Of a stretch of DNA of 64,000 bases, positions 36,765 through 50,840 are shown one piece after another. The stretch covers positions 55,242,001 to 55,306,000 of the forward strand of contig NW_024704745.1 in NCBI RefSeq assembly GCF_018977255.1, given 5' to 3'. A model generated the notes under the pieces. It had not been told where the DNA came from. It ran no database searches and worked only from the letters and a program-made list of their open reading frames with translations. The stretch's first letter is position 1. Each line of letters starts with the position of its first letter. Source of the stretch: Callorhinchus milii. Lineage: Eukaryota. The translations under genes were made by a program, and so were the position numbers.

Positions 36765-39700
36765 CTGTAATATGATAACTAACTAGTCGGTTGATTTCAG
36801 ATGTGTCATCGTCTTGCGTGCTAAGCACTGCAACAACCTCACCGGGTGAGTCACTTTCTCTAACGGATGCCCTGTATACTTCAGTCACAAAGTTTGGAGC
36901 ATTGTCATTTATATCTGTAACAGCCACTTGAACTATTGCTGTTGAGGACAGAGACACTGTCTTGCCAAGGTCAAAAGCCACTACTGCAAACGTGTACATT
37001 GGTTGCTTTTCATGGTCAAGATCCTTCAAAGTTGTAATCCAGCCATTTTTGCTGTCAATGGTAAATATTTCTGTAACCTCTTCAAGTTCTGATTGAGCTG
37101 CTGGGACCAGACTATATATGACCTGTCCGTTGGCTCCTGAGTCTTCATCGGTTGCTTTGACTTGGATCACTTTTGTCCTTATAGGCATCCCTTCCATCAC
37201 CACAGCCTCATATGGATTGGCGTCAAAGATAGGCTTGTTATCATTCAAGTCCATAACTTCAACTTTGACACCAGCTGTCAAAACAATGTCAGTTTTTCCA
37301 TTATTAATAGTGGCCGTAACCAAAAATTCATAAAGATGAGTTGCTTCATAATCGAGCTTCTTTTCCAGTTTTATCACACCGGAGTGCGAGTCTATCACAA
37401 ATACACCTTCTTGATTATTTTTAGGTAAGCCACCATTGACTGTACTGAAAAGAACATTGCGGTGAGGCAGAACCTGGACAATACCCATAATGCGTCCTAT
37501 TGGAACATCCTCTGGTAGCAGAAACGAATACTCGTGTTGTAAAAAAGTGGGAAACACTGTCTCCGGAGGAAGTATATGGAGGTAGACAGGAACCAGAGCA
37601 CTCCTCACAGGAACACCGCCATCTGAGGCTTTAACAAAGAAGGATAGAATTGTATCTTTTAGATGGCTAAAACTTTCCTTGGTGACAATCCATCCGGTTT
37701 CATGATCAATGTCAACTGCACTCGCAACTAAATTTGAATCTTCACTGTATAATGAAAACATAACTCTGGCATTCGTGCCTTGATCTGGGTCAGAAGCCGC
37801 CACTTGAATGATCAAAGTCCCTTTATTCACATCTGCTTTGAAACTTGTTCTGTACTCTGAGGCACTGAACTGAGGAGCATTGTCATTCTCATCCATCAGT
37901 TTGACCCTGACAGTGCAGAATGTTGCCCTGCCACCACCATCAACAGCCATGACTGTAATATCAATATCGCTCTCCAGAGGAATTTCTCGGTTTGACTTTT
38001 CAGTTGTGATAATATTTCCTTCAGTGTCAATGGAGAACCGGTCTCTTGCAATGTCATTAACTATAGAGAAGATAATTTGCCCGTACTCCTCAGAATCCCC
38101 ATCTGTAGCCACTACCTGAGTCACCGTTGTCCCAATGGCACAATTCTCTCTCAGTTCTACCAGATAAATACTGCGTGAAAAGACTGGGCTGTACAAGTTA
38201 GCACTGAAAACCCTGATATGTACTTGAGCTGTGCTGGTAAAAATGCCATCTGACACAGAGACATTCAGGTTGTATGCAGAGTCCACTCTCTGTTTGCGGT
38301 GATTAGACAGTGTAATAATCCCTCTCCTGCTGTCCATGACAAAATTCATGTGGTCATTTCCAGATAGGATGCTGTACTCCAATTGCTCAGTATCAGAATT
38401 ATCTGCATCAAATGCCTGGACACAGGTAACAAAATGACCGCGTGGGGCAAGCTCGTTCACATAAGACTCGTACAGAAGCTGGTTAAAAACTGGAGGGTTG
38501 TCATTCATGTCACTCACATAAACAGTAACTGGGACATCACTGCTCAGTGGTGGGATGCCATTGTCTGTGGCTCTGACGATAAAGTTATACTGTTGAATTA
38601 GTTCATAGTCCAACATACGTGATGTTAAAATCAGCCCACTGGTGCTGTCTATGTGAAAGTAGTCTGTGCTGTTTAAATTATCGTGGACAATCTGATAATG
38701 TACGACTTGGCTATTTTCAGAGTCTGCATCTAAAGCAACAGCTTGTAGCACAGGGGTTCCGATCATCGAGGATTCAGAAAGCATGACTTTGTACATCGTC
38801 TTCTCAAACACTGGAGGGTTATCATTAACATCATGCACAACTATATCCACGGTCACTTCAGCTCGAGCACCCGTCAGCGAGTCCGTTGCCCTGATAGTCA
38901 TTTTATAGCTCGATTCAGCTTCATAGTCGAGAGGACTGATGACACTAATTACCCCTGTATCAAAGTTTATGTTGAACTGATTTAAAGGATTTCCATCAGT
39001 AATGGTGTATATTAGACTTTGACCTTCAGGACTAGTGGCATTGATGCTGATGATAGGGGTGTGCGGCTGGATGTCTTCATTTACTGCAGCCAAATAAAAC
39101 GGCTTGGCAAAGACTGGCATGGCTTTATTAACAACTGTGATGGGTAGTTTTACACAAGTAGAGAGAGCAGGTGCACCCCCATCCTTAGCGATGACGTCAA
39201 TGTCATATTCAACGTTAGACAAATCAGACTCAAAAGGTTCTTTCAATGTGACAATCCCCGTATGCTGGTCAATCTCAAAGTGGTCCGGCCCGTCTCCAAG
39301 AAAGTAGGTTATCTCTCCATTTTTGCCCTTGTCTCGGTCCATGGCTGTCACGTGGTATATAATGGCACCAGGCTCTGCATCAACTTGCACAGCAGCGTAA
39401 TAAGGAAGACCCACAAAGGCCGGTGGATTGTCATTGATGTCTTCAACCTGGACTCTGATAACTACTCGTGCAACGTGCCACGGGTCATGCTCGCGACTTG
39501 CTTCCACCACCAGCTCATATACCTCTCGCTCTTCTCGGTCAAAGGACACAGGCATTGTTTGCACAATCCCAGAGGTGGATTTTATCCTGAACTTGTCACC
39601 AGGATTTAATATTCTGTACTTCAGAGGTTCATTAAGCTGGTTTCCCACAGCATTAACCACAGCCACCTTTTTTGACTCCGTGCTATTCTCCCAGATGGAG

Positions 39701-40847
39701 GCAGTGTAGAAGGTTTGAGTGAAGTGCAGGCCGCTGTCAATGGCATCTTTCACTGTTATTTTTACCAGCGCTGAACTGCTGAACTTCCCATCTGATACAC
39801 AAACAGTCAGTTCATAGAGTTCTTCGTCAAGGGTGTGATTCTTCACTGTAATGACCCCACTCTTAAGACTGATTAAAAAATAGTTTGCTGTATTTCCATC
39901 GGTCAGCGTGTATGTTAGCTCTGATAGCACTTCAAAATCAGGATCCGTGGCTGAGACAGTCAGAACCTCTACCCCAGTGTACGTTGGTAGGAGAAGCACA
40001 GACTCGTAGACATCTTGACTGAACTTTGGTGGCGAGTCATTGGTATCAGTCACATGAATGGTCACCTCTGCCAGACTTTCAGCTGTAAGCTGGGGGGTGC
40101 CACTGTCTCTGACTTGCACTTGGAAATGGAACACTGGAATGGTTTCATGGTCTAAAGTGGCTGTGGTCCTGATTGCCCCAGTGCTCGAATCGACTGAAAA
40201 ATATTTTTTTGCAGTAGATTCCACAATTTGATAGACAAGCAGTGCATTCTGGTTTTGATCAGCATCAGTGGCTCTTATGACAAGTGGCGTGTTTCCAGAG
40301 ATTAAAACAACACTGTTGGTTGGAGCAGCCTCACTGATACTCCCTGTGTACTGTGAATGCATAAACACTGGAGGGTTGTCATTCTCATCCACCACGTGTA
40401 TATTGACTGAAGTGTTTGATGACATCCCTGCCATATTGGTTGCCTGGACTATCAAGTTATAAGAAGGAATGTGCTCATAGTCAAGAGGTTTGTGGACACT
40501 GATGACACCAGAATAAGGATTTATTGTAAAGATACTTTCTATGTTTCCATCTTTTATTTCATAAACCACCGTTGATTGGCTCACTGCGGAGATCATGATC
40601 ACTGAAGACCCAGCACTGACATTTTCATTGACTTCTTTTGCGTATTGTTTCTGAAGGAACTTTGGGTGTGCGTTATCTGAAATGGTCACAGAGACGTGCA
40701 CGATTGCAGTGGCGGAAAGAGGTGGTGAACCCTGATCGGTGGCTTTAACAGTCATTATATACTGGCCAAGAGAGGACAGGTCAAGTTCTTTCGACACGCT
40801 GATAATTCCCAAAACTGGTTCAATTTTAAAAGTATTCTCAGGGTTTC
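36765..40847 (-). CDS. FAT3: FAT3-type cadherin giant exon D (4083 bp, phase 1-1; about 13 cadherin repeats)
   Basis: Corresponds to the 1356-aa ORF in the track. Acceptor tttgcag|GA AAC CCT ([14 protein letters not shown]) and donor ACA G|gtaaga (SYHIT). A giant internal exon is typical of FAT1/2/3. Confidence 0.96.
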
Positions 40848-41600
40848 CTGCAAACGGAGAAAAAGAGAGAGAATGGGTGATAAATTAGTAAAAGAAAATT
40901 TGAACTGTACATTTTTTTTCCAGACATCACCACAAATTACTTTCTCTATATAAAAAAGATTTCATATGGATTTGAATCTTTGAAGATTTGCTAATAATGG
41001 TGCAGGCTGTTTTGATTATAAAGACACAGATTACTTTAAACTACTGTGAATCTTCAAGCATGTACATTCTTAAACATTGTCATTTGTCTGATGGGTAAAA
41101 TGCATTTGCACATATTGCACTAGTTAATGTGGATGCACAACGCACCATGGCACGTGAACATCATTTTGCTCTGTTAACTTGAATGAATTCATTAAAATCA
41201 AATAAACTTCTACCCAACCTTGTGGGCTTGCACTACTTAAGGCTCATCATAGGAAACAAAATAACATCATGCGCGGCCAGAAATTCGTAACAAGTTACAG
41301 AAAAGAGTGAATATCGCTGAAACTGGCAAGAAATTGTGCCTCACCCACTTTGATTTTGCATTATTATTGAAGCCATTAGTGCACTTCATTCATCATAGTG
41401 GGTTTAATTTATATTATTTTTCAGCACAATTCTTAATAATGAAGCCAGTTGGATTCCCATTGATTCTTGGGAACTCTTCTATCAAATTGAAAGGATTTGT
41501 GCAGAACTTAAACTCAAGAAAATCCTGGCACCTTTAGTGCTGTTTACTGGACATTGCAGTGCACAAGTTGGCTAGCGCATTCACCTACAGAATACTCAGT

Positions 41601-42030
41601 CAACAATAACAACAACTTGTAATTATGTAGCACCCTTCACCTGGGTTGTATCTCGGAGTGCTTAACATCAGCGTAGTTTGATGCTGAACTGGAAAGGGAA
41701 AAGATTTGACCAAGGCATGGTCAAAGAGGAAAGTCTTCACATGTGATTTGAAGATGGACAAAGAGCGATTGAGGCAGAGAGTTCCAGAGATTCGGTGCAT
41801 AATGGTGCATAAGCTGCCAATGGTGAAGCAGAGGGGACATGCAGAAGACCTGAGTCAACTGACTGAAAGCGGTAGGTAGAGAAATGGGATGTGGGCAGTT
41901 CAGGGAAGTACCAGGGCTTGAATAGGTTTTAAAGTGAGAATCCTGAAATCAATCCATTGTACAAAAGGGAGCTAGTGGAGGCTGGCAAGAACTGGGATGA
42001 TGAAGGAGCTGAACCTGGTATGAGGTTTTG
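41601..42030 (-). mobile_element. L2 LINE 3' end fragment (degraded)
   Basis: (caa)n tail, ggtcaaagaggaaagtcttc and agagttccagag. Confidence 0.6.
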
Positions 42031-42347
42031 AAGGATGAGGTAGAAATGGGGGCAAAGGAACATAGTGAGGAAGCAGTGTTTAGGGCAGCAGAAGATGAAA
42101 TAAAAGTTCTTGAAGCCAAGGTGAGGAACTTTGAGACATCCTGATAACCTATAACAAATGTAAGGATTATCCTATTTTAATATTATTACAAACAGGATTC
42201 TGTCCCATTCTACAGTTCATTTCTTACAGTGAATTTAATCTACGGTATTTTTTCAGCAGGATTCCTCAATAAGGAAATCTATTATTTTTTCATTGATCCA
42301 TGGGAATTCTTCTATGGATGTAGATTGCCTCTCGTAGCAGGACGTTC

Positions 42348-42572
42348 TTCTGATTCCAGCAAGTGGGGACAGATAGGCTGAAAGCCCAACCGCTGAAGGT
42401 GGGACAGATAGGGCGCAGGAAATGAAGCAGACCGATGCCCATGAAATGAAAGGGGGCGGCCAGGGTGGTATGATTTGAGAAGGTCGCAGAGGTGAGGCAT
42501 GGTGAGATCATGGAGGGATTTAAAGGTGAGAATGAGGATCTTAAACTCTATCATTTAAGGGATGGGGAGTCA
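42348..42572 (-). mobile_element. L2 LINE ORF2 C-terminal fragment
   Basis: Reads IEFKILILTFKSLHDLT.PHLCDLL. Confidence 0.72.
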
Positions 42573-44886
42573 ATTTATATTTATGAAGCACCCTTCACGC
42601 AGGATATTGTCTCGGAGAGCACAGATTTTATGTCCTATCAGTTTAGTTGAAAAAAAGGAATGAATTAATTATCAGTTGAAATTCTTTACCAGTTTGGCAT
42701 GAATGACCTTTGTCCCTAGCCTTTATCATATTGTAAAGCTCTCTTTACAAAGACAAGGTAATACTCATAATAATCATTACATTTGATATAATAGGTTTAT
42801 AATAATCCTTGCATTTAATATAACACCAAATCACATCATCAAAACATCTCAAAGCACTTCACGGGATTTTTACGTTGTGCATTTGCAGCACCTATAACTC
42901 CACCACAAGGAACGTCATGGAAGAGTAACCGAGAGACAGTCACTGGATTTCTTCTATCCTCCACTGTTGGCATGAACCTGGCTTCTTCTGCTCAACAGCC
43001 CTTTCCCAATGACTCATGTGGGGAATCGGAAGTGCACCCTTCCCCCTTCACAATATTGCTTTTGTAGCATACTGATCCAGCATAGCAAAGCACTGTCATC
43101 AGATCACCTGACCAAATGTGAACTGTGCCACTGAAGTGCTTAATCAAACCATTTGTTTTGTGCTCTGAACCAATCTAAAGTCTCAAGGTGAATGCCTTCT
43201 TCAATACTAGTGAGGCAAACACAATGGCATCAAAGTGGAATGCTTTCCTAATGAGGATCAGGAGGAATTGATACCAGCTGCACTCGCTGCCTCAGGCAAC
43301 AAGAAAACCCAAACCAGATGATTTATCAGCAACAAAAATAGCTGGCATCTTTCTAGTCACAACTGCTTTCACTTGTGCTGAAATGCAAAGTCTTCTCAGT
43401 CAAAACACCAATGATTTTCAAGTATATTTGGATTCCTATGCTCTAATATCACCCATGCTAAATGTTAGAATTCTATAATATAAGTAACAATTCTTGCATT
43501 TGACAGACATCGAACATTGAAATATCACATGCAATTGCAGTCAAATATAGTGACTGTGTTTGTAAGCAAAACATGGCAGCCAAGTTGAGCAAAGCAAATG
43601 CTACACTAAACTAGAGACTGATTCTTAAACTACTGCAGCTAGAATAAATTTTCTTAATTTAAGTTACTCTTAACTGTTGCTTACAATTGCTTCCTCTATT
43701 AACTCTGACAGCAGCCACTTAAGCTTTGCTGTGGCCATGGTCAATCAGATGGGCAGGTTGCTGGGAAGCTAGATTGATTCTTTCTACACTAACTCACTCC
43801 CTCTCGCCACATGAGGTGAGATAGAGTGCTCTGCTTGTGCAAACATTCTCCAAACTGCTGAGCTAAAGCTCCTAAAATCCAGTTTTATTAATAGCATACA
43901 TAGGGCTTCAAACTCCAGCTACTTGACTGGCAATGGAGCATTGTTCCGCTGGAAGTATTGAATTCAAATAATAATCCTTGCATTTAATATAGCAGCTTAT
44001 CATGTCGTCGAGATGTCTCAAAGCGCTTCATAGGATTTACTGTGAAGTTGTTGACTGTGTATTCTGTGGGTGAAACGGTAATGAGATTTGGTACATACTT
44101 TCAGATGACTTCCGAAAACTGTTCAGGAGTTCATAAAGATACTTCAATAATCTAGGTTATTTGCTGAGAGAACTCAATAGTATAGAATTTTATGTTTACA
44201 ATACCTTTACTAAATCTTGAATTTTTGGTTTATTGAACAAAGCTAAAAATCTTTGGTAGAAATAAACGCTACAAGGATTTTAACATATGCATCAGATGTT
44301 TGCTATAAATTACATAGTAGCTCTTTAACGAAAAGGTGTTGGCCTATCCTAGTATGAAAAAATACAGGTTAGCTTTATCTTGGTTTGATGCTTGGGAAAT
44401 AGCTACTCTAAGACAATCTGCAATTTAAACATTGAATAAGATTAAGTTTAATAATGGCTCAAACCATTCATCTCCCATAGTTTTGGTCACAGGTGAGATT
44501 TAATGGCAATGTAGCCAGGTTTTTGTTTAAGAACAAGTCTATTAACTGCTCAATTTAAATCTACTAGCCACTTTTAAAAAAATAACTCCTGGGATATATA
44601 TTTGCCTCGGAGATAAATTACTTCAGCTCCTACAGAGACTTGTTTTTGCACTTGCTGATAGTAAGTTAACCACTTTTATAATGATAATCATATTTTATGA
44701 TGTCACTTGAAGATGCAGTGGGAACAAAAGGAAGTTATTGATTCTGGTGAATATCCTGGAGGAGGAGAAAAGTATAAATACTTTTCTATCATATCAGTTA
44801 AATTTCGGTTCTTCCTAAATACAGCCCCATGAGCTGTTCAGAAGAATCTCAGCATTCAGATTTGTCATTACAAAATAATTACTCAC

Positions 44887-45097
44887 CTGTTTCAATAGTG
44901 TAAATCAATTCAGCATTTTTTCCTTTGTCCCTGTCCAGGGCTGTGACCTGCAGCACAGCAGAACCCTGAGCAGCCGACTCAAATACAGAACCATCATAGA
45001 CAGTGTTGGTGAAATACGGGGTGTGATCATTGAAATCATCTACGTTGATCACAACCCGCACCAGATTCCGTCGGTAAGGAAACTCCTGATCTCGGAC
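44887..45097 (-). CDS. FAT3: FAT3-type cadherin exon C (211 bp, phase 0-1)
   Basis: Acceptor ttcaccag|GTC CGA GAT and donor ACA G|gtgagt. Encodes [29 protein letters not shown]...AELIYTIET. Confidence 0.94.
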
Positions 45098-45559
45098 CTG
45101 GTGAAATCAATTCAGAAGTTACTTTGAAAAAGATCCAAGTAGTTAAATATGATCTATGGACATAAATATGTGTCAAAAGTTTGGAAAAGGCTTTATCTGC
45201 AACACATTAATGTAACATGTTAAACATCCTCAATTTCTTGGAAGACTTTTAAGTTCATTTTCCTCTCTGTCTAAAAGTCAGGTATGTAGCCCTTTTAGTT
45301 ATCATTTTTGGTTACTTACAGTGATGTTATCAGTTCTCCATTGTATTCTTCTGAGATGCCACTGATATGTGCATCAATTTCTCACTGATTACAATCGTAA
45401 ATATTGAGTATCAGTTCAGTTGTAGGGTTACTTCTCATTGCAGAGTGATGAGAATATGGCCAAAAGAGTGAATGGTAGCCATAAGCAACATAAGAAAGCT
45501 GAGGTTAAATTGACTGAAGGGCCTTCTTCATCCAAATCACAAGATCCCATAAACATCCA

Positions 45560-45782
45560 CAAGGTAACTGACCAATAAATCCGAAAAGACCATTCACCTG
45601 GACACCAGGAGGAACTTGTTTCTCTTTTGAGTATCATCATGGGATTTTTTTTTACTTCTACCACCTCCAACTATGCAGCACTCCTTCAGTACTGCAATGG
45701 AGTGCCACCCTAGACTATGAGCTTAAGTCCTAGAACCCACAACCTTCTGATTCAGAAGTGGCGGTGCTTCCAATGGAGCCAA
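45560..45782 (-). mobile_element. DeuSINE, long family, head and core fragment
   Basis: cccacaaccttctgattcagaag...gtgcttccaatggagccaa matches the family head. Confidence 0.55.
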
Positions 45783-47791
45783 AGAATGTAAGCAATGCAG
45801 AAAATTTATGCCATGACTGCACAGATCTCTGTAACTCACTAAGTAAGGAAACAACATTAGTTTTTGAAGGAATATCAGAAAGGGAATACAGTCAGATATC
45901 TTGCAAGGCTTCTTATAGCTTTAGGATATTTTTCAAACTGGTTCTGTCACGATGATGGGCCACCTTACATACATTTTTAAGACATTAAAGGCAGAACACC
46001 AGGCATTCATACCAGCAATAAGGCTTCAGATATCTAGCCTGATTGCTTCAGTCACACCACCATATTAAGTACATATGCTTGAGGATATACTTGGGTCTGA
46101 TGTATAGAAATCTGTTATCTACATTACCAATTTTCACCACTGATACCTAGTTTAACAAATTTCAACTGATTCATCCATGGTGTGTAATTCTTCCACTTAG
46201 ATATGAATTTCTTCTAAACTCCTTCAGTTTGGAACCTGATGCATCTCATATCCCTTTTGAAAATAAAACTGCAAACTAATCAAATATACATTACAAAACA
46301 GCAAGAACATAAAGGATGAGATTCAGAGTATAATCTTTCCAAATCTGTTCTCATTTGTTTAAATTCTGAAGAATGGTACAGTTCATCAGTCATTTTATTA
46401 TCAGTCATGGCAGATAATTGCTCCCAAAGTGTCTCTTATGGTGGTGACGATGCACAAAAACCTGCTCTGTACAAGAAAAGGATGAATTATACCAACTGGT
46501 GTACAATCAGCCAAAACTTAGATTGCAGCACAACATCTAATTTCACTGAACTGAAAAGAACCTCACAAATGTTGGCAGCTCTCTGAATATCATTATAAGC
46601 AGATCTGATGCAGAAATAGTGACATTAAATGTAATAAAGGAAATTTGGGGTAAATATTGCAACCTGTGATTTATGAATTCACACTAAAGTCACTGGCTGG
46701 TTTGCTGTTCCAACCCAATAGTTCAGAACCTGACAAATACTTCAGAGAAAACTTGTATTACATTTTTAGACATCCAAATCAATGAGTATGGTTGCAAGCT
46801 TGAACACAGCCAGTTTTTGTTTCTAAGATGTATAATTTAGCCAAAATACTACTGTGCAAGTACAAGCAGAAAAACAGATGCAATTTACCTCAGGGTATCA
46901 GATAAAGTCATGAACTGCCAGAGCAAGACTGAGACAATTTCTAAAGGCTCTGAACCATGTGCCACAGGCACCAGAAATGCTTTAGGTTATTTTTTGCACA
47001 AGTGGTACGTATCAAATATAGTTCATGCATAATGTAAGGATAAATTTTAACTGTGTTAATTTAATATGCTGGTGAGGCATTCTAATGATATTTTTGTTTA
47101 CAATTCATTATGGTGCTAAATGAGATGAGTAATATAAAACCATTTCATTTTGTTAAAATAACACGCAATGTTACTCAGTAAAAAATAGCAGCGTTTTTAC
47201 AGCTTGCAACTAATGTTTGTTAATGAAATAACAAGAATGCAAAAGCTATTTAACTGACGCGGTCTGTCAAAGCAATAATTCATGCTCTTAGCTGCATACT
47301 TTAATGTGTCTGGAATTTTAGCTCCAAGCTATTATATGTTTGAATATTCAACCAAATTGCCTAATAAATCTAAACAATACATCATATCAAAACTCTTATT
47401 ATATTGTGAAGGACTTCATGTCATCTGTTCAACCGTCTGTGCACTATATTCGCACACATGCTTCTGATGCAAATAAAATAATGTTCCATAATCTGCACTA
47501 ATAAAGGGATTATTGAGTAATTATTTATGTATTAACTTTGTAAGCATTAACAAGTCATTTGAGTGAAAAGGATAAACACAAGGCTGAGAAAGTAATCAGA
47601 AAACAGAGGGGATGATCAAAGAGTATATCTGGAGAAAATAATAGATGGGATTTTAAAAAAAAGGGCCAGATGTTATAGAAGAGGAGGAGATAGCAAATGA
47701 GTGTAAGATATTGGACTATTATATGAGTTATGTAAATAAATGTAGCATTTACAGGTGTGCTTAATTCTGTATTTAACATAATGAAAAGGAT

Positions 47792-48115
47792 TATAATAAT
47801 AATAATAATCCTTGCATTTGATATAGCGCTTTTCACGTCGGGAGAACGTCCCAAAGTGCTTCACAGAACACACTGTAAAGTGAATTGACTGTATATTTGT
47901 GGGCGAACGCGGCAGCCAATTGCGCACAACAATGTCCCACAAACAGTCGTAGATTGAAAATGACCAATTTTATTATTGTTTTGGTTTTGGAGGGATTATT
48001 ATTAGGCGTGTGGAGTAAGGAAACTTGCCCAAGGTTTCGCCCTGACCTGCCTGGAATTGAACTCAGGTCTCTCGCTTGCAAGGCGAGTGCTCTAACCACT
48101 GAGCTACAGGACTCC
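47792..48115 (-). mobile_element. tRNA-derived SINE, short family, young full-length copy
   Basis: Reverse complement is near-identical to 24197-24516, with a small duplication (cctga/cctg) in the head. Confidence 0.93.
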
Positions 48116-49485
48116 ACAATTGTAGGGCACAAAAAGGGCAGTGCAGTTGGTGTGCATGGACTGTAGTTTAGAACAGTTAAAGGAGTAACTAATGCCATCA
48201 GTCTTATTTTAACAGACAACTCTAGGTAATCATTGAAGCCAAGAATGGTGTATAAGGATTAGGAAAATGCACCCAGAAAACTAATTAATATAAACAAGAA
48301 GAGTATGGGAAGTAACTCTGGGAATTAGAGTCTGGTAAAGCTGCTATGCAGCAGATAAAACATTAAAGGGCATCATGAAGAGGGAATAATAAAACCTTCT
48401 GGAGAAACACCAGAAATATGAGAAAGGCATCATTGATTTACAGGAGGGAGGTTATGCTGATCCATCTATTGGATTTCTTTGAAGAATTAACTGATTTTCT
48501 GCTCAATTGAAACTAGGTAGATATCACACATTTAGATGTTAGCAGTGCTTTAACAATGTCACACAGAGTAACATGTGTACAATATTAGAAGGAATACAAT
48601 TGGAGAGGGGAAGTTTCCGTAGAGGATTGGTACTTCAAAGTGATGGAGAATATGAAAGTCATAGACTTCCTTTCATATGGATAAAATGGGCATAAGAATG
48701 TTTCTGAGGTAAAGATGGACAAGAAGTACAAAAAAGACTTAGTAAGTGAGAATTGCAAATTTCTTGTGGACAGGCAGGTAGCATCTCAGAGCACTTAACA
48801 GTGTTGGAGCTTGTTCTGAGCCAGAGAGTGAGAGGAAAGATGACCATATTATATTAAACCTGAGATCAAATCCTGACGGGTCAAATCATACAACAGATTG
48901 GAGAAACGGAGGGAGGGTCTTTGCCAAAGTCGTCCAGATGAAAGTTAAATGAGAAAAAGAAGTCAGCAAGATCATTTTTTCTTTCTACGAGAGCTAGCAA
49001 CAGAATTATCAGGAAGGAAATGTGGTGGAAAGGGATATTTACAGATGTTTGAAGAGATAACTTTGACAAGGGACTGCAAGGAATAAACAATGAAAGGATG
49101 AACGCTGAAGGGATAAGAAGGCAAGAGATGACATTTATATTCAATTAAGTTATATTTAGCAACTCTAATCCTGGACTTAAAGGTTATGAAGAGAGATAAA
49201 CTTGGCTCCAGATGCTTCAGAATAATAAGAATCAGACAGAAGGTTTATGAGACACTGCAGAACAGGAACTAGCATTGATCCATAATATAGTGACCCACCT
49301 GAAGGTCAGAGAAGAAAGAATGAGCTAGGAAACCATCCATGACATTTAAAATAAATAAGTTGGTTCACTGGCTGCCTTCGATATCCTCAGTCTACAAATA
49401 GCTCAAATCTGACAGGATTCCCACTCAAACTTGCTGGAGATCAGATGGGCCAAATTGTACTCTAAATGTCTATAATTCTATGATT

Positions 49486-49673
49486 TGTGAACATCGGATG
49501 AGGAGAGGATTGGACTGTGAGACTTTACACCATTATCAGCCTGCTGACTCTTACTCTCATACACTGAAAATGGCCAATTGGCCAAGGTACCAAAGAGTTT
49601 ACAGTGGACCTGGAACCACACCAACATAAACCATCCAATGAAGTGAGGGGAGGGAGTGAAATAGGGAGGAAAT
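49486..49673 (+). mobile_element. AmnSINE2-like ancient SINE, 3' fragment
   Basis: tgtgaacatcggatgaggagaggattgg...agcctgctgac...tgaaaatggccaattggccaaggtacc...ggaacc...gaggggagggagtgaaatagggagg resembles the AmnSINE2 3' half as I recall it; not verified by alignment. Confidence 0.5.
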
Positions 49674-49775
49674 AACATTTAGAAAATCTGAGATAAAATC
49701 CTGATGTGTCAAATAGTTACTGGAATGGGGAAACAGATACTGTCCATTCAACAAGCTCTATAAGTAAATACTCAC

Positions 49776-50051
49776 CATTACAGTCAAGATGTGCTGAGCC
49801 TGGACTTCATGATCCAGCCTTTCCGATATATATAACTTGCCTGTACCATGGTCAAGTCGGAATTTGCGCATGCTCATTGGGTTTATACTGCTGTGAATAG
49901 AGTAGGTCAATTTGTTTTTCTCATCCTTGTCAGTGGCTTTAACATGCAGGATCTCGGCACCCACGAAAGTGTCCTCAGAGATGGTGATTTCATAGTTCGG
50001 CTTGGAGAATACTGGACCATTATCATTGTTGTCAAGTATTTTTATATGCAC
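49776..50051 (-). CDS. FAT3: FAT3-type cadherin exon B (276 bp, phase 0-0)
   Basis: Acceptor cattacag|GTG CAT and donor ATG|gtgagt. Encodes [15 protein letters not shown]...[16 protein letters not shown]. Confidence 0.94.
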
Positions 50052-50570
50052 CTGTAATGCAGAATGTGACAAAAATAAGACTTTAATTCTATTACAAATG
50101 CACTTTGAAGAAAGACTTATATAACAGAATTTGGATTATGAATATAAACAATTGTACTTTTTAGCTCTGATAATGTATGGACTTCTCTTTAGACACATGC
50201 CCCTGATTTATCTACGAGGGAAGGTGTTGTGGGGGGGAGGGGGGAATCTTTCCAGACGTGAAATAAACTAAATATTATTGAATCATAGGATTCTGGCACC
50301 AGAAAAAAAGTTAATTTTCATATCCTTACAATATGGAGTTTATCCTGCAATACAAGTACATTCAATTACAACTGAAATGAAAAAGCATTAGAATATATAC
50401 AACAACAATTTGTATTTATATAGGGCCCTTCATTAAAGGTATTGTCTCTGAGCACTTAAGATCCTGAAAATCTGGTTTAGCCAGATTTGCCACCCTTGAT
50501 TCTTTATAAATAATCCAGTGGGCACTTAAAATGTACAATATTGTAGTAGTACAAGTACAATAGCATAACA

Positions 50571-50840
50571 TTGGGCTTTGTTTTATATAAGAACAACAAG
50601 ATTTCATTTATAGAACACCTTTCACATCGGGAGGATGTCCCAAGGCGCTGGACAGTTGGGTCGGGACCCGAGCAGGGGGGAAATGGTCAGGGTGAGGGGA
50701 GGGAAGGGAGGGAGCGAGGAGGTGGTAGAGAGTCGAGAGGGGAGCTGAAGGCACGGTCGAAGAGAAAGGTCTTGAGACCGGCCTTGAAGGAGGAAAGGGA
50801 GGAAGCAAGGTGAAGGCACTGGGGGATGGAGTTCCAGAGC
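50571..50840 (-). mobile_element. L2 LINE 3' end fragment
   Basis: Reads LWNSIPQCLHLASSLSSFKAGLKTFLFDRAF, followed by the family tail. Confidence 0.8.

Noticed and set aside
36742-40812. 1356-aa ORF as a stand-alone single-exon cadherin gene
   Set aside because: It starts at a non-ATG codon, has no signal peptide or transmembrane segment, and is bounded by canonical splice sites in phase with neighbouring exons.
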